Shown: in pieces, positions 55,848 through 61,394 of the stretch
Numbering within the stretch: the stretch's first letter is position 1
Layout: every line of letters begins with the position of its first letter
From: Macrostomum lignano
Taxonomy: Eukaryota
Length of the DNA stretch: 61,394 nt
Reading direction: 5' to 3'
Assembly (NCBI GenBank): GCA_002269645.1
Contig: NIVC01003667.1
Span: 1 to 61,394 of the forward strand
Position numbers and translations under genes: made by a program
Notes under the pieces: model-generated
Seen by the model: the letters and a program-made list of their open reading frames with translations, nothing else
Database searches by the model: none
What the model was told of the DNA's origin: nothing

Positions 55848-56345
55848 CTTTGGAGACTCCTGACTCTCGACTCCTGACTCTCGATTCCTGACTCTCGACT
55901 CCTGACGATCTCGACTCCTGACTCTCGACTCCTGACTCTCGACTCCTGACTCTCGACTCCTGACTCTCGACTCCTGACTCTCGACTCCTGACTCTCGACT
56001 CCTGACTCTCGACTCCTGACTCTCGACTCCTGACTCTCGACTCCTGACTCTCGACTCCTGACTCTCGACTCCTGACTCTCGACTCCTGACTGAGCACCCC
56101 TGACTCTCGACTCCTGACTCTCGACTCCTGACTCTCGACTCCTGACTCTCGACTCCTGACTCTCGACTCCTGACTCTCGACTCCTGACTCTCGACTCCTG
56201 ACTCTCGACTCCTGACTCTCGACTCCTGACTCTCGACTCCTGACTCTCGACTCCTGACTCTCGACTCCTGACTGACACCCCTGACTCTCGACTCCTGACT
56301 GAGCACCCCTGACTCTCCAGTCCTGACTCTCCACTCCTGACTCAG
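55848..56345. repeat. 14-bp minisatellite GACTCTCGACTCCT
   Basis: Direct tandem copies. Confidence 0.98.
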
Positions 56346-57198
56346 CACTCCTTATTCTACTCTGCGGGCTTCTGCCCACTGACTATTGTAACCTTGGACT
56401 GCATGTAAAGTTGAGTGATTCAGTGGGCGATGGTCTTGAAATATTCGCTTTAGCAGCTCGTATTGACAACGTTAACGAATGGTACAGTAAAAATAGATAA
56501 AACCTAAAAACCTTAGAAATTTCAAATAGCACAATGCATTAAAAATCATTAACATCACTTTTATTGCAATTTTGACATAAAAGGCTCAGAATAAAAAAGA
56601 AAAGAAATTCTAAAAGACTTACGCATTTCAACAATTCATCAGCTACTTTTGCTACTAAGGCCGTGCGTTATAATCGTAAAGCTAGGCTAGTGTACTGACT
56701 GTGCTGAATTAAAGAAATTAGTTTAAAGTATTGTGACAAAGAAGCATTGTTAAAATTTGTACCAGGAGAAAAACAAAAGAAAATATTAACTTCAATTTAA
56801 CAGCCTGTTAAAATTTGTTTGGGCTACTTTTAGGTAGCTTGAATCATCCTCATCCTGATTGGCTGGTGTCTTCTTGTCCGCTGACTTACCCTCCGCCTGA
56901 TTGGCTCGCAATCTCGAATCAGCTGACTCATCCTACGCCTGATTAGCTGGCCTCCTCTTGTCCGCCGACTTATCCTCCTAATCATTGCTGTTAACCTGCT
57001 CACTCACCTCTGCCGTAGCTACAGATGACTCTTGAGTTCTTGATTTCATGACCGGGTTCGCTGCACGTGCCATTGAGTGCAGATGATTGGTGTTGCATTC
57101 TGTGGGTCCCTTTTATGTATTTTCCAACAACAATAACACGTTCGATGAGAACTCAACATTCTTTTGAAATTATGGTTTTAGCTTTTAGCTCGTATAAA

Positions 57199-57515
57199 GG
57201 CGTTGTAGCCTATAGTGATTAGAGCGTCGGACTCACAACTTTAAGGTCGGGGGTTCGATTCCCGATCCAACTCGGAACAATGTATTGCTTCAGTTCACCC
57301 AGCTGTAAAATGGGTGCCAGCATTAGCTGGGGTAATTGAAGGTGTGTGTGGCGACCCCCCAGTCCTTGGACTGAACAGCCGTACGCAGCCTTCAGATGCG
57401 CCGCGCAATAGCTGCGGCTGAGCTGTCGGTTGCACATCTGCCCCAATTGGGGGAGGTGTAATCAATTATTATTATTATTATTGTTATCATAATTATATTA
57501 TTATTTATATTATTA
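57199..57515 (+). mobile_element. tRNA-CORE SINE copy 4 with an (ATT)n tail and a short deletion in CORE
   Basis: TAGCCTATAGTGATTAGAGC...GGGTTCGATTCCC; near-identical 3' domain; TTATTATTA tail. Confidence 0.9.
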
Positions 57516-58403
57516 CGTTATTTTCAATTTATTAATTCGGAAAAATAAATCCTAATGAGAAAAAACAATATTATTTGTTTATTTTCATAAACAATTTATG
57601 AAAATTGCTTTCATATAATTCCTTTATCGCTTTTGTCGTGAGTTGAACTATTTAATTGCGATCTCATCGACAGAGCTGTAGGCAAATACCATGTTCATCT
57701 GACAGGCAACAAATATTGGAATATCAACCAGTGCAAACAGACTAAGATACTCCAAATATTACATTTAGATCTTAAAAGAGATAAAAGTTCTGATAGCTAG
57801 GAAAAAGTACGAATCATACTGCTCTTAGTACTGGGATTAAGGCAATGGGATTAAAAATAATCCACGAGAAAGCGTCTTTGGATCCTGTACATTGTCATAC
57901 ATTGCGAATTCACGAGAAATCGAAGCCGACTTTAGTAATTAATTTTAGTATATAGGACTAGCCACCTGCGCCCTCGTTTAGGTAGGAAACAAAAAAGGAA
58001 TTAAAAAGTTTTTGTTACAGTCGCTTTTTTAGTATCCTAAAGAAAATGATGTTTAAAGCAAGATAGCGTCAGGCGTGGAAGCCAGTCGTCTAGCCTAAGA
58101 TATCAGCATCAAAGCCTCTCTTTCAGCCTTGGCTTAAAAGTCTCCCTTTGATCTACGTTTTGCTTGGTCTACCAATAACTTCGAATTGACTCTTAGCATC
58201 TTAGCAACCCCCCACCCAATGAGACACAGCATTTCAGCAATCCCCTCTCTAGTTTTGACTTCTCAGCGATTCAGTACCGAAAAGGCTGTTAGAAGAAACA
58301 AATAATCTGTGAAATCAGTAACAAACTCTTTACTAATAGATACATTACGTCGGTAACGTCCAAACGGTTTTAACAGCAAATCATCTACACCCAATGCCAA
58401 GCG

Positions 58404-60932
58404 TTAAAAGTACGTGACGTTAGACCAACTCGAATTGCCACCAGGCGAAGGTGGTTGGTCATTATTAGAGTTTATTGTTAGTCGAATAATCAGACCGATT
58501 GAGAAAATTCCGATCACGGCGATACCAGTTGCTAGTCGAATATAAATTATTCGACGAGTGGCAGCGTTGCTCAATGACGATGGAATTTCTGAAGGAGTTC
58601 GGATTGGAACCAGCTGGTCTGCAGTTGTGTAGGCCGGGTTGCTGGGGTAACGGCGATGTTGCTGCTGCTTCTCCGGGCTACTTTCTTGATTCTGCTCATA
58701 CGGACGATGATTTCTGTCCGTTAGAAGGCCTGTTAAAGTTATTTAAAAGAAAAACGATTATTAAGTTGTTTTATTGGTGTCTCTTAAAACCTCGTTTTAA
58801 GCAGAGCGAGAGCAGAGATGATAAGAGAAAATATCTAGTTTGAGTTAAATATTCAACAGGACGTGAGGCCTAGGGTATATTTATAAGACAATAACCAGGA
58901 GGCGGGGCGTTGAGTGCAAGTATAGTAAAAAGAAGGGTGGAGTGCGCGACTAACTATTCTATAAGAGGCAAGGGAGGCGAGATTGAAGAGCCAATCAGAA
59001 GGCAGCGAGGAGAGAGTGAGAAAATAACAAGACTGAACTGGACAGGGGGAGAGAAAATAGAGTACACCAAGACAAGTGCAGATGAACTAAAGAAATGACT
59101 AAAAAGTCGTGACAGTAGACATGTATGACTCAACTTAAGATTCGATAACGTAAGTTCGGCCTCAGGCTTACCAACATTGGGCCTGAGGCTTATTATACAA
59201 TCCCAAGCAAAGTTGAGCAAATATTGATTTAGTCACTTCAAATTAATGGGGAAAATCAAGCTTAAAAGTTGATTTTCTGCCTTTTCTAGGAAATAAAATC
59301 GTGGATATTACTTTTAAAGTGTGCAAGAGTCGACGCGCCTTGATTTGCGGCAGCTCTCAAAGCCCTCCTGCCCCAATAGTATCTGAACTCCAAGAGTATT
59401 TAAGATGAAATAACTTCGGATAGAAGAGGACTTACTTGACAGTTTTATTCCAACAGCTCTAGAAGGGCTAAAAAACCAGTGTGAACTCACCGGTAGTCTC
59501 ATTGGCGAGTTGGTCATCTTCTCCCTGCTGCCTCTCCTCCTCGCAGTCTGTATCGTAGCGCAGCTGCTTCTCTGATGCCGCGCGAACTCGGCGCTGGGCT
59601 TGGCGCGCCTGACCGCGCCAGTCTTGTCGGGCCAGCACGGCTATGTAGGCTGGACAGATCAGACTCACTCCGATCAGTAAGCCAACCCACAGACCTGAGG
59701 AGTGTGACAGTTGAGCTCAGCACTGATTCTAGTCAGGATCTTCACACTCAACATGGGTTTTAGGCAGAATATTTGGTTTCGGAGTGATTCTAATGGATCT
59801 GTTTGACTCATGAGTCACTATAGTCGGTCTCTGTTTGACTCAGGAGTAATTCTAGTCATCGTGGTTGATTCAGGAGTGATTCTAATTATTTTGTTTGATT
59901 CATGAGTCACTCTAGACGGTCTGCTTGATTCAGAAGTGATCCTAGTCATCGTATTTGGATCAGGAGTGGATCTAGTCATCGTATTTGGATCAGGAGTGGA
60001 TCTAGTCATCGTATTTGGATCAGGAGTGGTTCTAGTCATCGTATTTGGATCAGGAGTGGATCTAGTCATCGTATTTGGATCAGGAGTGGATCTAGTCATC
60101 GTATTTGGATCAGGAGTGGATCTAGTCATCGTATTTGGATCAGGAGTGGATCTAGTCATCGTATTTGGATCAGGAGTGGTTCTAGTCATCGTATTTGGAT
60201 CAGGAGTGGATCTAGTCATCGTATTTGGATCAGGAGTGGATCTAGTCATCGTATTTGGATCAGGAGTGGATCTAGTCATCGTATTTGGATCAGGAGTGGT
60301 TCTAGTCATCGTATTTGGATCAGGAGTGGTTCTAGTCATCGTATTTGGATCAGGAGTGGATCTAGTCATCGTATTTGGATCAGGAGTGGTTCTAGTCATC
60401 GTATTTGGATCAGGAGTGGTTCTAGTCATCGTATTTGGATCAGGAGTGGTTCTAGTCATCGTATTTGGATCAGGAGTGGTTCTAGTCATCGTATTTGGAT
60501 CAGGAGTGGTTCTAGTCATCGTATTTGGATCAGGAGTGGTTCTAGTCATCGTATTCGATTTAGGAGGAGTGATTCTAGTCAGTAATTTCGACTTAAGAGT
60601 CATCCAAAATACGAAGTCATCTACTTCAGTGTAACTACATAAATACCTGGTTACTACATCAAACAAGCACAAGAAAGGCAGTGAGCATCTATAAACAACA
60701 CACATGCATAACCGTGAATTGTCAACAAACCGATAACGTGCAAGTCTGTAGCCAAAGCCAGCGGCAGCCCGATGGTCATGCCCAGACCATAGTAGGACAG
60801 GAACACGAAGATCACCCCAGTCAGCTGGCGGCCGCAGCCTCTCAATGCTCCGGCGCAGACGCTCTGCAGACCGTCCAGAAGATGAAAAATCCCAGCAGCG
60901 GGAAAATTTGCGCTGTTATGGTTAGGACGTCG
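58404..60932 (-). CDS. MATE/SLC47 multidrug and toxin extrusion transporter paralogue B, last three exons (60932-60731, 59694-59491, 58729-58404); 5' exons lie beyond the window; one apparent 1-nt frameshift at 60885-60889
   Basis: HLLDGLQSVCAGALRGCGRQ...SYYGLG..IGLPL / GLWVGLLIG...DW..QA..AQ / 13th TM RRIIYIRLATGIAVIGIFSIGLIIR, collinear with mammalian MATE1. Phases 1 and 1 are consistent. Confidence 0.9.
59930..60555. repeat. 30-bp minisatellite TCTAGTCATCGTATTTGGATCAGGAGTGG(A/T), in a MATE-B intron
   Basis: Direct tandem copies; the source of the TRTTPDPNTM ORF. Confidence 0.98.
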
Positions 60933-61394
60933 CTGTTAGGTTAGGGAGAAACGAAGCGGATATTCGATTATACTTTAAGTGCCTATGGAAAGAATCTGTG
61001 GAAAGTCCTTGTCGCAACTCCAGGTGGCATTCGCACTTGCAATTAGGCAGCTATGCTCGTTCCGCTGACATCTGAGCAGGCACACGTTGTACGTGGTGAC
61101 GCAATTATAGGCAAGGCGCTTCCACAGGATGAGCAGCGGCACTGACTTTCTTATCGTGGGTGGGGTAGTGTGCATGCTCTGCGCCACCTTGGGGTTAATC
61201 ATCATGAGGGGCGAATCACACAACAAGCCACTACTGCAAAATCCATTTTTTGTGTTAGAGCTTCAATTTATGTAGTAGGCCCGTTGCTATTATAGTCCTT
61301 AGCGATGGAGTTTTTGACTTGTCAGGACAAGAAGTTCTGTTCCAGTTTATTTCTAATAAGTATTTTTTCAACTGTATTCAGGAGACTATAGATG

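Noticed and set aside
55684-56379. ESRVRS repeat ORFs
   Set aside because: Translations of a 14-bp minisatellite.
59818-60705. TRTTPDPNTM repeat ORF (295 aa)
   Set aside because: A 30-bp minisatellite inside a MATE-B intron whose flanking exons join in phase without it.
60975-61230. Cys-rich minus-strand segment, possibly a piggyBac C-terminus or a MATE exon
   Set aside because: No frame gives a convincing motif and there are no fitting splice sites.

Overview
Eukaryotic, intron-rich and satellite-rich animal genomic DNA. The style resembles a free-living flatworm such as Macrostomum, but that is an inference and not confirmed. Left to right: (1) first coding exon of Rab10 on the minus strand; (2) a decayed tyrosine-recombinase (Ngaro/DIRS-type) retrotransposon (-) with a gag zinc finger, RT, RNase H and a truncated YR; (3) a complete 11-exon RYK/Derailed Wnt-receptor pseudokinase gene (+, 8006-40122, 709 aa, all splice phases consistent), about two-thirds of whose span is intronic tandem repeat; (4) two tandem MATE/SLC47 transporter paralogues (-), the left one broken by a mariner insertion and apparently missing two exons; (5) between them, a Mag-type Ty3/gypsy remnant, a Loa/I-group LINE 3' fragment, four tRNA-CORE SINE copies, two hAT MITEs with 8-bp TSDs, an intronless PAN/apple + C-type lectin gene and a 2.2-kb solo LTR with a 4-bp TSD. 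Nearly all long ORFs in the supplied track are microsatellite or minisatellite artefacts. I see no proof of a wholly new system. The best leads are satellite units that carry or supply splice signals (intron 9's acceptor is a repeat unit), a probable spliced YR message in the Ngaro element, hAT MITEs landing at SINE Pol III heads, and an LTR promoter plus splice donor pointing at the orphaned MATE exons. All exon boundaries and repeat periods were read by hand.
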